A stretch of 64,000 nt of DNA, taken from assembly GCF_006345805.1 (NCBI RefSeq), contig NC_043003.1, positions 110,794,001-110,858,000 of the forward strand, read 5' to 3'. The notes beneath the pieces are model-generated. The model ran no database searches. It saw nothing but the letters and a program-made list of their open reading frames with translations, and was not told where the DNA came from. Position numbers and translations under genes: made by a program. Positions 43,616 through 57,329 of this stretch are shown here, piece after piece. The number at the start of each line of letters is the position of its first letter. The stretch's first letter is position 1. Origin of the DNA: Octopus sinensis. Lineage: Eukaryota.

Positions 43616-44087
43616 TCTCTCCCCAGGCACAACAGAATATGCTTCAGCACATGAACTCACATAAAGAATCTTGCAAACCAAATCCCCAAACGATATATAT
43701 TATACATATATATATATAACTTTTTTTTAGAATTATGAGTGTAATTATAATTAGGTTTCAGCTAAAAGAATTTCTTCACCATATACCGACAATTTTGAAA
43801 TAACAGCCAAATACCTAGCTATTTCTCTACCGTAAGAGAATCTCTCAGATAACATATATATGTATGTGGTGAAGCAAAACTTTTGGCTGGACCTTCATTA
43901 TAAATATACTCATACTTATAAAAAAAGTGTTGTTTAAGTTTACCGATAATGGTTCTTTTAACATGCCGAAAATATTTGGTAGAATTATTAATTAATTAAT
44001 TAATTAATTTTACCCTTTATTATATATATATATATTTATATACATACATGTAGGTAGGTAGGTAGGTAATATATTATATATATATTG

Positions 44088-44525
44088 CCACAGGCGTGGT
44101 TGTAAGGTAAGACGTTTGCCTTCTAACCACGTGTTTCCGGATTAAATCCCTTTGTGTTGCACCTTTGGCGAATACGTTCTGCTCTAGTTACGGGCCCACG
44201 AAAGCCTCACGACTGCATTTGGTAGACGAAATCTGAAACGAACCCCCTCGTGTATGTACTTGTGTGTGTGTGTGTGTGTGGTGTGTGTGTGTGTGTCTGT
44301 TTGTGTGCATACGTGTGTGCGTGTCTATTTTTGTCTCTTTATGCTTGTTCCCAGAACCGCTTGAGAATCGTCGTTGATGTTTTTGATTTCGGTAACTTAG
44401 GGGTTCGGCAAAAAACGATCGGTAGAATATTTACCAGGATGAAAAATTAGTTTAGAGGTTGATTTATCCCAGTAAACTTTTGAACGCGGTGCCCTAGGAT
44501 GGCACAGTCCAATGACTGTAAAACT
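44088..44525 (+). mobile_element. Octopus-type SINE, diverged
   Basis: ggcgtggttgtaaggtaaga head, gaaatctgaaacgaacccc + (TG)n, tail ggatggcacagtccaatgactg. Confidence 0.7.
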
Positions 44526-44894
44526 AAAGTATCGTATGAACAGGAAACTGAAAATCCCGGCAAGTATCATGCACATTTTATATTACACTTTATTCCTTTC
44601 ATTATAACCAAACGAACATCGAGGTAAAGATTGTTTATTAAATTAGTTAAATGGAATGAAAACTTGTTATTCTAATGTAATTATAAATCCCGTACTATTG
44701 AAAACAATGTATTGAGTACTTAATTCTGTTCATTATATCATTATAAACAAACATCTATGTATAGTTTATTTAATTACTTAAATGGAACGAAGAATAACGA
44801 CTTGTTATTTTGCTATTCTAATGTAATTATATATCCTGTACCATTTCGTGAGCCATTGATAGAGTAGCACTAAAAATCTTAACTGTAGCTTGGC

Positions 44895-44944
<50 letters not shown>

Positions 44945-45516
44945 CAAAGCGGAGAGTAAATGAAAGAAAAAGGTAAATTAGAGCAGATAATTATATACTC
45001 GAAATGCCGAAATTTATGTCATCAATTGTATGTTACTTATCCATCCACATTGAATGCATCCACATCTTCTTTCTATGTATATAATTATTTGTTAGTATAA
45101 CTAAAATTAGAAACTTCACTAGCCCGGTAAATCCCTCTTTTGATAAACGTTCTCCAATTATGAAGTGCATTGAATGCCTGCAGTTATATTTTGTATTAAG
45201 AGACGGTAGCTAATTACAATTAAATGTACCGAAGCAACTATATATAATTGATTGTATTTACAATAGAACCGGCGCAGAGGCATATCATCAAATATTTCAT
45301 CTCTTTTTTATTTAGCCCACTGCGATTCAATTCATTCGTAAATGAACATATATCAGTCACAATGTCTAGTTCTCTCGTAACCAGTAAACTGCTTCTTACC
45401 AGACTTTTTAAAAAACTCTTTTAAACTCATATACAGTTACAGCATAGTTTGGTACATGCATCCACATACTTCCTCAAAAAGTAGGCTGGAACTTAATAAA
45501 TGGAGCGGGTGCAGAC

Positions 45517-45775
45517 GTCACAGTATGGCAAGCGGTTTGTTTCCCAACCTCAACGCTACTGCGTATTATCTTGGGCGTCTTGTACGCGAGCCGTGGAAGG
45601 CCAAATACTTGTGAGTGGATTTGGCAGGCGGAAACTGAAAGACGCTTCCCGTATATTCAGGGTGCGATTGGTATGTCGTCGACATTGTACATTCTTAATT
45701 TCGCGCATGCGCATTGCTTGTCTTTTGTTTTGTCTACTACACAATGTGGAAGGATCATTTGAGCACCGTCTGTGA
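45517..45775 (+). mobile_element. Octopus-type SINE, diverged and truncated
   Basis: gtgagtggatttggcaggcggaaactgaaagacgc core with a degraded tRNA-like head. Confidence 0.65.
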
Positions 45776-45789
45776 GAAAAAACAGCACC

Positions 45790-46328
45790 ATGTCGCAATT
45801 CACTCAGCCAGAAATTTTGAATCGATATGCTGTACTGCTTGGCATTTGCGGAAGCTCCAATATTGATATTTCAGAGTGTTTGGGTGTCAATAGGTGGTTC
45901 CTGGAAGACCCTATGCCTCGCAACAGGACTCTGCACCATGCACAAAAGTAGGAGAGCTCACTCTGCGACCACATCACCCCTAACATCTGGCCACCGAACT
46001 CCAGTCTGCAACCCCCTATATTATTTTGTGTAGAGGCGCTGATGAGCGAGAGACCAACCAAATTCCTAGTAACACCAAAGAAATGTGAAGGCAAGCCTTA
46101 TGTCAGTATTCACTAACTCATATAAGGAGACCGTCCAGAATTGTTGCAGCTAATTCCGAAGTCGTCTGGAAGCCGTGGTTGAAGCCAATGCCGATTTTAT
46201 TGGATAGATTTATTATTTAGTATTTCAAGATATTTTTATGTAGTTTTGGTAATTATATCTCTTGAAATGTCACTGTTATTTTCCTTTTCGCGTAATTTAG
46301 ACGACAGTTTATGCACCACACCTTGCAC
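45790..46328 (+). mobile_element. Tc1/mariner fragment of the same family as 32336
   Basis: HITPNIWPPNS..CNP.Y...V and RLEAVVEANADFIG*. TIR-like end ttatgcaccacaccttg. Confidence 0.75.
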
Positions 46329-46384
46329 ACACACCCACATCCACACACACATATATATTTATGTAAGTATTTGTGTGTGTATTC

Positions 46385-46415
<31 letters not shown>

Positions 46416-46573
46416 CACACAAACATATACGTATAGTTTTCTTTAATAAATGTTTATGTTATATAATAATATTATGTTATATTATATTCATAGTATATCA
46501 TGCAATATAATATTAAATTATTGGATTCTCAATAGTATCTCTCAATAAAATTTAACTTTATATATATATATAT

Positions 46574-46753
46574 AGGCGCAGGAGTGGCTGTATGGTAAGT
46601 AGCTTGCTTACCAACAACATGTTCCCGGGTTCAGTCCTACTTCGTGGCACCTTCGGCAAGAGTCATCTACCATAACCTCGGGCCGTCCAAAGCCTTGTGA
46701 GTGGATTTGGTAGAAGGAAACTGAAAGAAGCCCGTCGTATATGTATATGTATG

Positions 46754-46809
<56 letters not shown>

Positions 46810-47065
46810 TATATGTATATGTATATATACATATACGACGGGCTTCTTCCATATGTATATACGTGTGTGTGTGTTTGTGTTTGTCCCCCCAACATTGCTT
46901 GACAACAGATGCTGGTGTGTTTACTTCCCCGTAACTTAGCGGTTCAGCATAAAGACTTATAGTATAAGTACTAGGCTTAGAAGGAATAATCTATGAGGTC
47001 GATTTGCTCGACTATAAAAGCGGTGCTCCAGCATGGCGCAGTCAAATGGCTTGAACAAGTAAAAG
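46574..47065 (+). mobile_element. Full-length octopus-type SINE
   Basis: ggcgcaggagtggctgtatggtaagtagc head, internal palindromic microsatellite flanked by gaagcccgtcg/cgacgggcttc, tail ggcttgaacaagtaaaagag. Confidence 0.9.
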
Positions 47066-47074
47066 AGTATAAGA

Positions 47075-47138
<64 letters not shown>

Positions 47139-47237
47139 TATATATGTATATATATATATATATATATATACATAACATACATACATACGTACATACATAC
47201 ATACATGCATACATACATACATACATGCATACATACA

Positions 47238-47270
<33 letters not shown>

Positions 47271-47729
47271 GTATAAGAGTATACAAGAATTTTAAATATT
47301 ATTAAATGCAATATTATTATCCAGGAAGAAAATATACACAAAGCGAATGTACGCGATGTACAATGATTGCTGGAAATAGCAGCCTGTAAGTTATCGGTGC
47401 TATGCAGATCTTCATCCATTGCTCACAGACAGAGGTGTCTGGGGGCGCTGAATATATGAAAATTCTGTACTATCTCTATGGAGATGGTCAGAGGATTGAA
47501 GGACGACTCAATACTGCAGTTTGAAACTTTTCGGATCACGTGCGTGAGAACGAATCGGATTGGTTATCTTCCCTTCTGTCTACCATTGACAACCAAATTT
47601 TAAAATATCACTACTGCTTGTGTACTCGGCTGATACTCCCAGACAAAATCAGAACCAACATCAGTGTATTCTATCAGGCTGAGCTTAAAGTAAGCAATGT
47701 TTCGAAACATGAAATTCATCACAATATAT

Positions 47730-48420
47730 TTCAACAAGTCGGAAATTTTATTCAGCAAAGAAAGTAGCATTACAATCAACATAAGTTTGCCGACGAGTTA
47801 CAAGTTTGTTTATTCCGGTAACATAAATGTCAGGGGTTCCGGAGCTGATGAGCTCTTTGAACGCAGGAAACCATCAAAGTGCTTCAAAAAGTGGTAGTCA
47901 GTCGAAGGAAGATATGGGGAATAAACTGGGAGAAGAACTTCGTTAGTAGTGAAACGTGTGGTCGAGCATTGTCATGAAAAATGATTGGCCCTCTTCTGTT
48001 GACTAGTCCGAGACGGAGGAGTAGCAGTTTTTCGCGCATTTGGTAGCTTCTTGAAATATGTTTCTGCAGTTATTGTTTTTCCGAGTTTTATGAAGTTATA
48101 GTGTATGAGTCCAGCAGCACACCACCAAATAGTCGCCATAACCTTCTTTTGTTGAGTAAGAGTTTAGGGAAGGTTTCCGGTGCTTTATGTTGGTCCAACC
48201 ACCGCGAAGAACATTTAGTTATTATTGTACAGAATCCACTTGTCATGGCAAGTTACACTAGGTTCGAGAAACGGATCAGTCTGGTTACGGAGAAGAAATG
48301 ACGAGGAAATTTAGTATCTGCGCATTTTCTGATTTACATTCAAATCGTGTTACTCATTTGTCGAACATTTTTGATTTTCCGATCGCATGGAAATGGTCGC
48401 AGGCAACTTGAACTTGAAGT
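47730..48420 (-). mobile_element. Mariner (Hsmar-like) transposase relic
   Basis: PFLEPSVTCHDKWILY, TIWWCAAG, LVNRRGPIIFHDNARPH, YSPYLPSTDYHFLKHFD. Confidence 0.85.
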
Positions 48421-50414
48421 TATTTAGATTATCAAATAAAGGGAATAAAATTAAAAGCAAAATATTGAAACAATATAAACTTTAAAGGTGGAAATTAGAA
48501 TTGAAGGATACGGGAGGTAATGATTTATAACTGAGCAAATTTACTATAGATATGCATTATTTTTTAAACACAAGGAAATAATGTAAATATGGCTGAATCA
48601 AGGAAAATATATAAAATATAGTCCAAAAATGACCATATTGCATTGCGGATAAGCAATGAAGGAAAATAATCATCACATAAATTTGGAGATTGCATTACTT
48701 CTAAAGAAGCCATAAAAGTAAATGTTGCAACAGGATTCAAGATTTTCTGTTGTTGCTTGTTTTCGTCGTTCATTCTTTCCCACAAAATAACGTGAGTACG
48801 TAGTTTTCTGTATTTCATATTCTTGCTGCGGCTATCGGTACCTAAATATTGTGACTAAATATTGATATTTTAAATATATTCACCTCGAAATCGTTGGTGA
48901 ACCAGGAGACCTACCACCAAAAACGTTACATGGAGAACCACGTTTACCCAGTCTTTTAATTCTAAAGACAGTACATTAAGATTTAACGAGATTTTAGTTT
49001 CTATCTCGTGCTGATTGAAATATTGTGTAAATTTTCCCTTTTTGAAGCAGCGGGACATTATTAGTAGGAATGTTACATTTTGTCCTGGTTCATTTGACTG
49101 TTTCTGTTTTCGTGCTCAACATTAATGGTTTTACTTTTCAGCTGAAGTAAGCAACCGTAATATAGTGACATTTATTTTTCAGTTCAGTTAGATGACGTAA
49201 AGAAAAAAACACACCAAGTTTAAGTCGGGTGGCTTGATTAAAATGCGTAGGCTTAATACTTAATCTTTATTAGATAACTTAGAAAACTTAAGCTTTGGAA
49301 AATGTTAACATTATCACCTAGGGATACAGAAATTGTTTTGTAGAGATTCAGACAAAGTTAGAAACAGATATGAATGCATCAAATGTGACATATCTTTTAA
49401 AATCATAACTAAATAAATCTAGATGGGGCTAATAAATCCTATCACATGTTAAAATCAGTTTGCCACCACCTTCCATCAAAATGTTAGAAAAACACACACA
49501 AAGATAGCATGAATTAAAATTGATAACTTTACAAGATGACGAGAATTGTGCATTCCTCATTGTTAGTAGTATTCTCTTTTACAATTGTCGATGTCTGTTT
49601 GCATTAACCTAGGAATTTTTTGCTATCACCGCCTGATGTGAAGTAGTTATTTTATTGGCATCTATCTACAGTGTTAATTTACAACTCAATGTAATTATTT
49701 TGAAAGTATTTATTTGCTTTTCTTTCAAAGAAATCAGCACAGTGGAATGCCTGCTGTTCACCGGAAATATCAAATTACAGATTCTTTTTCCGCCATGTGT
49801 CCTACTACTTTTCTGCGATTTTCTTCATCAAATAACAGTTTTATTCAAGTAACAGTAAATAAAGTGACAATAATAAATGATAGTAAAACATTACTTTAAA
49901 GATGCAATTTTGATGATGTATTTATTTTTAGAATCAATTATTCGACTTAAATCATGTGTTGTTGATTAGTATATATTAGAACTGGATACTAAAACAGCAT
50001 CACAGCTGATCGAGTTCCTATTACTTAATATTTCAGTTTGTCAACCAAGATGTGGATAGTGTCTAAGGCTTTGCTAAGCTAACCACCCTCCAACACTCTA
50101 TGACTCGTTCGATAGTAAAGATCGTTCAGTAGCAAAGATCGATATAGCTAGTACAAGAGCTGATAAGTAGAGCATTCAGAAAACTGCGGCTTTCTTGCTG
50201 AGTACATTGCAAAAGTATAAAGGGCTGAATTTGTTAAATCAGACAATTTAATATGTGAGTGCATTGGATTGGCTTGGAAAGTTATGTTGAGCGGAGGAGG
50301 TGAACTCAGTGTATTAGCTGAAATGGAAAGTAAACGTGCTAGTAGCTATAATCGTTAAGTCAATGAATAGTTCTGAAACACGTGAATTACACCTAAAGGA
50401 TAATCAAGTCTAAC

Positions 50415-50485
<71 letters not shown>

Positions 50486-50486
<1 letters not shown>

Positions 50487-50694
50487 CAGTCTTATGTTTG
50501 TCTGTGTACGTGTATGTGTGTTATGTATATGTAAGTAAATATACATATACATACACACATAATAATGTTGTGTATATATATATATATATATATATGCCAG
50601 TCTTATGTTTGTCTATGTATGTGTATGTGTGTTATGTATGTGTAAGTAAATATACATATACATACACACATAATATGTTGTGTATATATATATA

Positions 50695-50733
<39 letters not shown>

Positions 50734-50818
50734 AGTCTTATGTTTGTCTATGTATGTGTATGTGTGTTATGTATGTGTAAGTAAATATACATATACATAC
50801 ACACATAATAATGTTGTG

Positions 50819-50852
<34 letters not shown>

Positions 50853-50940
50853 ATATGCCAGTCTTATGTTTGTCTACGTATGTGTATGTCTGTATGTATA
50901 TGTAAGTAAATATACATATACATACACACATATTAATGTG

Positions 50941-50970
<30 letters not shown>
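50486..50970. repeat. Minisatellite, 4 units of about 110-135 bp each containing a variable (TA)n
   Basis: ccagtcttatgtttgtct...gtaagtaaatatacatatacatacacacat recurs at about 50486, 50598, 50732 and 50858. Confidence 0.9.
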
Positions 50971-50988
<18 letters not shown>

Positions 50989-52740
50989 GTGTGTACGAAT
51001 TATACAGGTAGATTAGTGCATGAGAGTACTGATATACAGGGCTAGTATTTCGTGCCTAACATTGGTATTATATCATATGATATTCACGTCTGCGACATGC
51101 AAAAATGAGATCTCGTATTGTTTGCGCTTCACCAATTCATATTATCCCAGCTGCTCACTGGTATTAATATTCCGGATATTTCAAGATTTGTATTGATCGC
51201 ATGTAACCATTTTTCTACAGGTTTAATCGCTGAGATTTCTTTTTGAAGAATTAACCAGAGGAAAACAAACATCTACACGCAGTCAGAAATTAGGGTTACG
51301 TAATCTCGGTTAATTTATCAAGTGAATGACTATAAAATAGAAGCCATTCTTCACTTTTATCCATGTTGATCGTACAAAATTAAAACCATCGTTACACAAC
51401 TTGGTTTGCAAGGAAGAAAGCTAGGGCGGGCAGCGCGTAACTAATATCACTTTGTTAGATCACTTCTTGATTCCAGTCGACATGCAAAGAAAGTTGCGAT
51501 GTCTGGTTAATCATTTTTACAATTTCTGCTTAATCTTCATCTACTCACAACAGGGAAAAAGCACTTAGGATAATCCACTTCAATGTATTCTGTTAACGGA
51601 GTCTTACTTCCAGGATTTGGAATGTTTATTCAGCTCGCCTACTCTTCCTGATCTTTATTGATTTCTAATGTAGAATTAAAATACGATGGATATTGTTATA
51701 TATACAAGTGAAGTACTCTGATAAATTATATTTCACCAGTATAGTGTAACACATTGTCTTCAGTGTTAAATGATATGACGAAGAGCATTCTCGTTATATT
51801 AGACTTTAAAAGTCATATAGCGGGTACTTATCTTCACAATCTTTCTTCCTACACTTTTGCAGTTTCAAGTGTTGTTCCATAATCAATGAAACAAAACGAG
51901 ATACAAAAGTTTGGTATTTTCTTATGCAGTATTAAGATATCAAAGATGAGGTTGGATAAACCACAAAAGTACATTCTATATGTTCGTGCACCAAAAACAT
52001 GTAAACTTTCGTCGCTAAGTAATTCCATTATATGTGTCCATTACATCCATTTTATCAATGGAAATGAAGTTTATGTGAATGTGGACAACCATGAAATTTA
52101 TGCATGTAATTCCTTAAAGAGACTAGCAAAATGATTTATACAACTAATTCCTTAAAGAGACCAGCGAAATCTGACTACTTTGCGATGTAGTCAGAATATC
52201 GTTTAGAGTATGCAACACTCCAGCATTTCGATCTCTTCCTCCTGAAAGAATTCAGAAATTTCTGATATGGAAAATGGATTAAATGAAATATGGCTTTAGT
52301 TAAACACAATAATTATAAATTTTATTATAACAAACCCTTTAATTGCATCGTTTAGTGGTATCACACTGAATGCATACGATTGTTACAAAAGTGATATTAT
52401 TGAATTCGGGTTAGATCACGTTGATACTTTCCAGTTTAAAATAGAATTACTTAAGATAATACCAGTTAAGCACATTACGTAGAAACACATTAGCGAATTT
52501 AAATTAAATTTAAAACAGCAAAAAATGAAGGGATTGGGATAGAAATACAATCTTCCATTAAAGAAGAAGATGCATTAAAAATATATATATATTTTCCAAA
52601 GGCATACATAAGCATACATATATGATATAAGATAAACGCGAATCGCGAAGATGAGACATGTGACCTATATATATTTATGTGCATCTTAGTTTGCATTTAT
52701 ATATGTGTGTCTGTGCATAAATTATATATATATATATATA

Positions 52741-53926
52741 TTACATTATATAATTAGGGCTTAGTAAAATAAATTACTTTGCCACATACTGAACTTAGTA
52801 GAAATAGCAGCCAAAAAAATTTTTCTTAGCATTTCTACTACTTAAAGAAAAATTCTCTCAGATAATGTTTACTCTAGACAGCTCACAAAGGTTTGGGGGT
52901 AAATACAGAAAAATATCACAAGTACATAGATCGTTTGAGTACGTCAACGTTTCAAGATTAGCCAAATAAAATCAGCATTTCTTTCGTCAGCTCAAAATTT
53001 CTTAATTTGGATTTGGAAACACTAAAAAGAAGGAACTTTACCTATCAGCGAACTTGTCGCTTCAGATGAACCACTCCAACTAAACAGTGTCAACAAATTC
53101 AAAATGCGCAGGCGTAAAATTCTGCACTCCCCATTCCACCAACGTGGTCTATCTAGCAAACATCATATTTTAAGCGCGAGAACCGAGGCAGTATGACCGA
53201 GAGAAATGAATTATAATATCAACAATTGAGGGTAAAATTAATTAATTAATCAATTTCACCAAGTGTTCAGTATGTAAAAGGACCATTTAAGGCGAATTCA
53301 AAATATTACATTATATAATTAGGGCTTAGTAAAATAAATTACTTTGCCACATACTGAACTTAGTAGAAATAGCAGCCAAAAAAATTTTTCTTAGCATTTC
53401 TACTACTTAAAGAAAAATTCTCTCAGATAATGTTTACGTGGGTGGAATGGGGAGTGCAGCATTTTATGCCTGCGCATTTTGAATTTGTTGACTCTGTTTA
53501 GTTGGAGTGGTTCATCTGAAGCGACAAGTTCGCTGATAGGTAAAGTTCCTTCTTTTTAGTGTTTCCAAATCCAAATTAAGAAATTTTGAGCTGACGAATG
53601 AAATGCTGATTTTATTTGGCTAATCTTGAAACGTTGACGTACTCAAACGATCTATGTACTTGTGATATTTTTCTGTATTTACCCCCAAACCTTCGTGAGC
53701 TGTCTAGAGTAAACATTATCTGAGAGAATTTTTCTTTAAGTAGTAGAAATGCTAAGAAAAATTTATTTTCGCTGCTATTTCTACTAAGTTCAGTATGTGG
53801 CAAAGTAATTTATTTTACTAAGCCCTAATTATATAATGTAATATTTTGAATTCGCCTTAAATGGTCCTTTTACATACTGAACACTTGGTGAAATTGATTA
53901 ATTAATTAATTTTACCCTCAATTGTT

Positions 53927-53930
<4 letters not shown>
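52741..53930. repeat. Tandem plus inverted arrangement of a 565-bp repeat unit, embedded in (TA)n
   Basis: Unit start ttacattatataattagggc at 52741 and 53306. 53438-53930 is the reverse complement of a circularly permuted unit. Confidence 0.95.
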
Positions 53931-53971
<41 letters not shown>

Positions 53972-54509
53972 GAAATATGTTACGAAAAGAAAATATAAAA
54001 TACACGTGGAAATGTAAGTGTAAAATATGAAAAATCAATGAAAATGCATATTGCAAATAGAAAAAGGCTATTTATGACAGATAACGACAAATATATACAT
54101 TTAGATTGACTGAGGTAGTAGTACGAGTCATAAAAGTCATTACTATGAGATGATTATAAGATGATAATAAAGTAAGAGAACAAAACGAATCAATGGTTTA
54201 TGCAAAGCTATTCATCGTTTGAACAATTCCGGTTAATATGCGGTGTCAGGTCTAATAGTTCCTCAGAAAAAAGATTATTTGTAAGGGAGGTAAGTAGTTC
54301 TGGATTTAGAGATGTGAGTGGTGTAGGAAGTGTATAGGGTTTAGTGGTTTCAATTGAAGAGGTAGTGGTTTTCTGTATTGAGTTGTGTGTTAATATTTAG
54401 TTGGGGGAGAAATTTGTTGATGAAAAATGCCTCTTTATTCAACCTTTGTTGCATTGTGGTGTTCTGTGAGCATTGGTAAAAGGGAAATATTTGGAAATTG
54501 TTTTTTCAG

Positions 54510-54547
<38 letters not shown>

Positions 54548-54569
54548 GGAATATGTACTTACATATAAG

Positions 54570-55030
54570 GCCAACGAGGGTACTGACGCCGCTATATATA
54601 TTACATGTAGAAAAATACAAACTGGGACAAGAACGTAAAACATTTAGAAGACGATACAAAAAACACGGACGGGACATTCGAAGCCTTCAATCTTCAGTCA
54701 AGAACTGGATCATCGTAGCAATTTCGGCTGATTAATCTTGAGATCGCCCCGATCCGGCCAGCCCCAAGGAAAAACTAAGCTATGCGCATTAGATTTCTTG
54801 GAAGAAGGATCGAATGTATACGAAACAGGGACAGAAAAATGCACGATGCCACACGAATATAAAATAAAAAAAAACAATAATGAAATACAAAAAACAATAA
54901 TGGTAAAAACAGGACGAAAACAGCGGCTGTCTTACGACTAATAAACAGTATAAGTTTAGCTGGCGTATTTGGAAAAAATGCCTTTTCGGCAGACGAAGAC
55001 AACGATGTTCTCACAGCACTGGTCGGAGGC
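54570..55030. mobile_element. Probable interspersed repeat, unclassified
   Basis: GC-richer non-coding block (gacattcgaagccttc..tcttcagtcaagaac...ccagccccaaggaaaaactaagc) between microsatellites. Resembles a common octopus repeat from memory only. Confidence 0.3.
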
Positions 55031-55098
55031 AAAAAGGCTGATTTGACCAGCAGTCACGTGATGGAAGAGAGAGAAAAGAAAGGGGGCAAAAGAAACAA

Positions 55099-55130
<32 letters not shown>

Positions 55131-55454
55131 GGACGAAGGCAACAAAGGGGGAGAAGAGAGAGAAAGAGGAATTAAAGAGGGGAGAAGAGAGAGTGCGTGT
55201 CAAGAATTTGACTTGTGAGTGCAAAGTAAGAAAGACAGAAATGTGAGAGAGTGGGGGAAGAGTAGACCAAAGAATCAGAGGCAAGAAAAGAGAAAAGGAG
55301 GAGAAGTAGAGAGAGAGAGAAGGGGACTGATCAAAGTAGAATACAAAGTGTGAAAGGCCACCCCACCACATCCATTACCCCACCAGTATCATCCTCTCTC
55401 TACACTCCACTCTCTCTCCGTACCTTTCTTTAACCACGCCATCAGAACATCACC

Positions 55455-55725
55455 CCTCTGCTAAAATTAAATCTTTGGCTGTTTGGTAATCCGGTTTCAG
55501 TTTCACTGCGTGGCACTTTTGGCATGTCTTCTACTATAGCCTCGGGCGAACCAAAGCCACGTGAGTGGATTTGGTAGCCGGAAACTGAAAAAATCCCGCC
55601 GTCTCTTTGTCTCAATCTTCTTCCCCCCCCTATCGCTTGACAACCGATGCTGGTGTGTTTACTTCCCCGCAACTCAGCGGTTTAGCAAAAAGTGACCGAT
55701 AGAATAATTATGAGGCTTACAATGA
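55455..55725 (+). mobile_element. Octopus-type SINE, partial
   Basis: cactgcgtggcac...tcttctactatagcctcgggc...gtgagtggatttggtag...cgcttgacaaccgatgctggtgtgtttac. Confidence 0.8.
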
Positions 55726-56639
55726 ATAAGCCCTAAGGTTCATTATGTTCATTGATTTACACCAATCAAAATTGACTGATATGTCGACTAGTAGCATATT
55801 CTCATTGTTTGGTTCATCTTATTTCTTATATTTCTTATATGGTGTAAATGCGTATATGTAATTTTACGTTAGATATTAAATGCATTCGGAATATTTTTAC
55901 ATACATCAACATATACTGTTCTTGGAGTCACCGTCATTCCGAAGTCACAGGGCACTCCGTATGTCACAAAATACGCCTACATCTACGCTAGCGCTTGTGT
56001 CTGAGCGGCACACTACTGAACCGACCGATCATTTCTTTTAAGCCTGAGTAACCTTGGTAATTTCTCAACAGCTTCTACGTTATTCTTCATGTCATTTTAC
56101 TCCGACTAATGATTAAGTCTCTAGAAAAAACGATGCATTTCCTGTCTAGATGAAAAATGCAATGCTAACATGATTTTGTCGAATTCATAATTGCCGGTAG
56201 CAATAAGTATTGTAGTTCTTATTTGTTAGTTAAATTTATATAATTTGAAAATAAGTAATATATAACGCTAAAATAGTTTGAGAAAAACAAATTAATGCAT
56301 TATTTGATTAATATCGGTGCATTCATGTGTCAGGTGTTGCTGCCATATTAATTGGGAACCCATTACAGGAGATATCAGTAACCGGTAGGTTGTGTAGTTA
56401 ATATCTCCTAATATTTACTAAACATTGTCTGCAGAAATTTTACCCCTGTAATAAATAATTATGCGGAACTGTTTGACGTATATGTAAGTGACGTGACACC
56501 CTTCTAAAATCAATACTAAACATAAAATCGGTTCAATAAATTGTTTCTTCTTGCTTGAAGATTAACAAGATCATGTTATGGGGAAGTAAACCACGAAAAC
56601 AAGAGCGTCAAAAAGAATAATATTAGTTTTCATATATGA

Positions 56640-57052
56640 TAGGAGTGGCTGTCTGGTAAGTAGCTTGCTAACCAACCACATGGTTCCGGGTTCAGTCCCA
56701 CTGCGTGGCATCTTGGGCAAGTGTCTTCTGCTATAGCCCCGGGCCGACCAATGCCTTGTGAGGGGATTTGGTAGACGGAAACTGAAAGAAGCCTGTCGTA
56801 TATATGTATATATATATATATGTGTGTGTGCGTGTGTGTGTGTGTATGTGTTTGTGTGTTTGTCTCCCTAGCATTGCTTGACAACCGATGCTGGTGTGTT
56901 TACGTCCCCGTCACTTAGCGGTTCGGCAAAAGAGAACGATAGAATAAGTACTGGGCTTACAAAGAATAAGTCCAGGGGTCGATTTGCTCGACTAAAGGCG
57001 GTGCTCCACCATGGCCGGAGTCAAATGACTGAAACAAGTAAAAGAGTAAAAG
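56640..57052 (+). mobile_element. Full-length young octopus-type SINE
   Basis: Complete head, body and tail. Near-identical to the 17186-17614 copy. Confidence 0.9.
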
Positions 57053-57329
57053 AAAAGAGTAATATATATATAGTCCAACATCGTGCGGTATATTTATCAT
57101 ATCTACACATTTTAATATTGCATCAGGTGTTACAACGGCAAATATGAACGCAAATGCATGTATTAGTACACACACACACACACATTTATCCATAATATGT
57201 ATATACACACATACACACGCACGCACAAAAACACACACTCTTACACAGCCCGATATAGCTCTTCGATTCGGTTATGTTAGAATCTAGCCTGGTTGTAACT
57301 TTCCCCTTATATATGACGGATTTATTCAT

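Noticed and set aside
48564-48818. 84-aa ORF MKYRKLRTH... as a real exon
   Set aside because: No recognisable homology or convincing splice signals; within chance expectation.
49790-49850. Minus-strand FDEENRRKV as the upstream GABA-B exon
   Set aside because: There is an in-frame stop just upstream, no following FC motif and no suitable splice sites.
50486-50970. CRISPR-like repeat-spacer array
   Set aside because: The intervening sequences are simple (TA)n rather than unique spacers, and the context is eukaryotic with no cas genes.
54670-54705. Minus-strand CTGAAGA...GAAGGCTTC-GAATGTC as a hammerhead
   Set aside because: A15.1 is missing, stem II has an impossible loop and there is no stem I.
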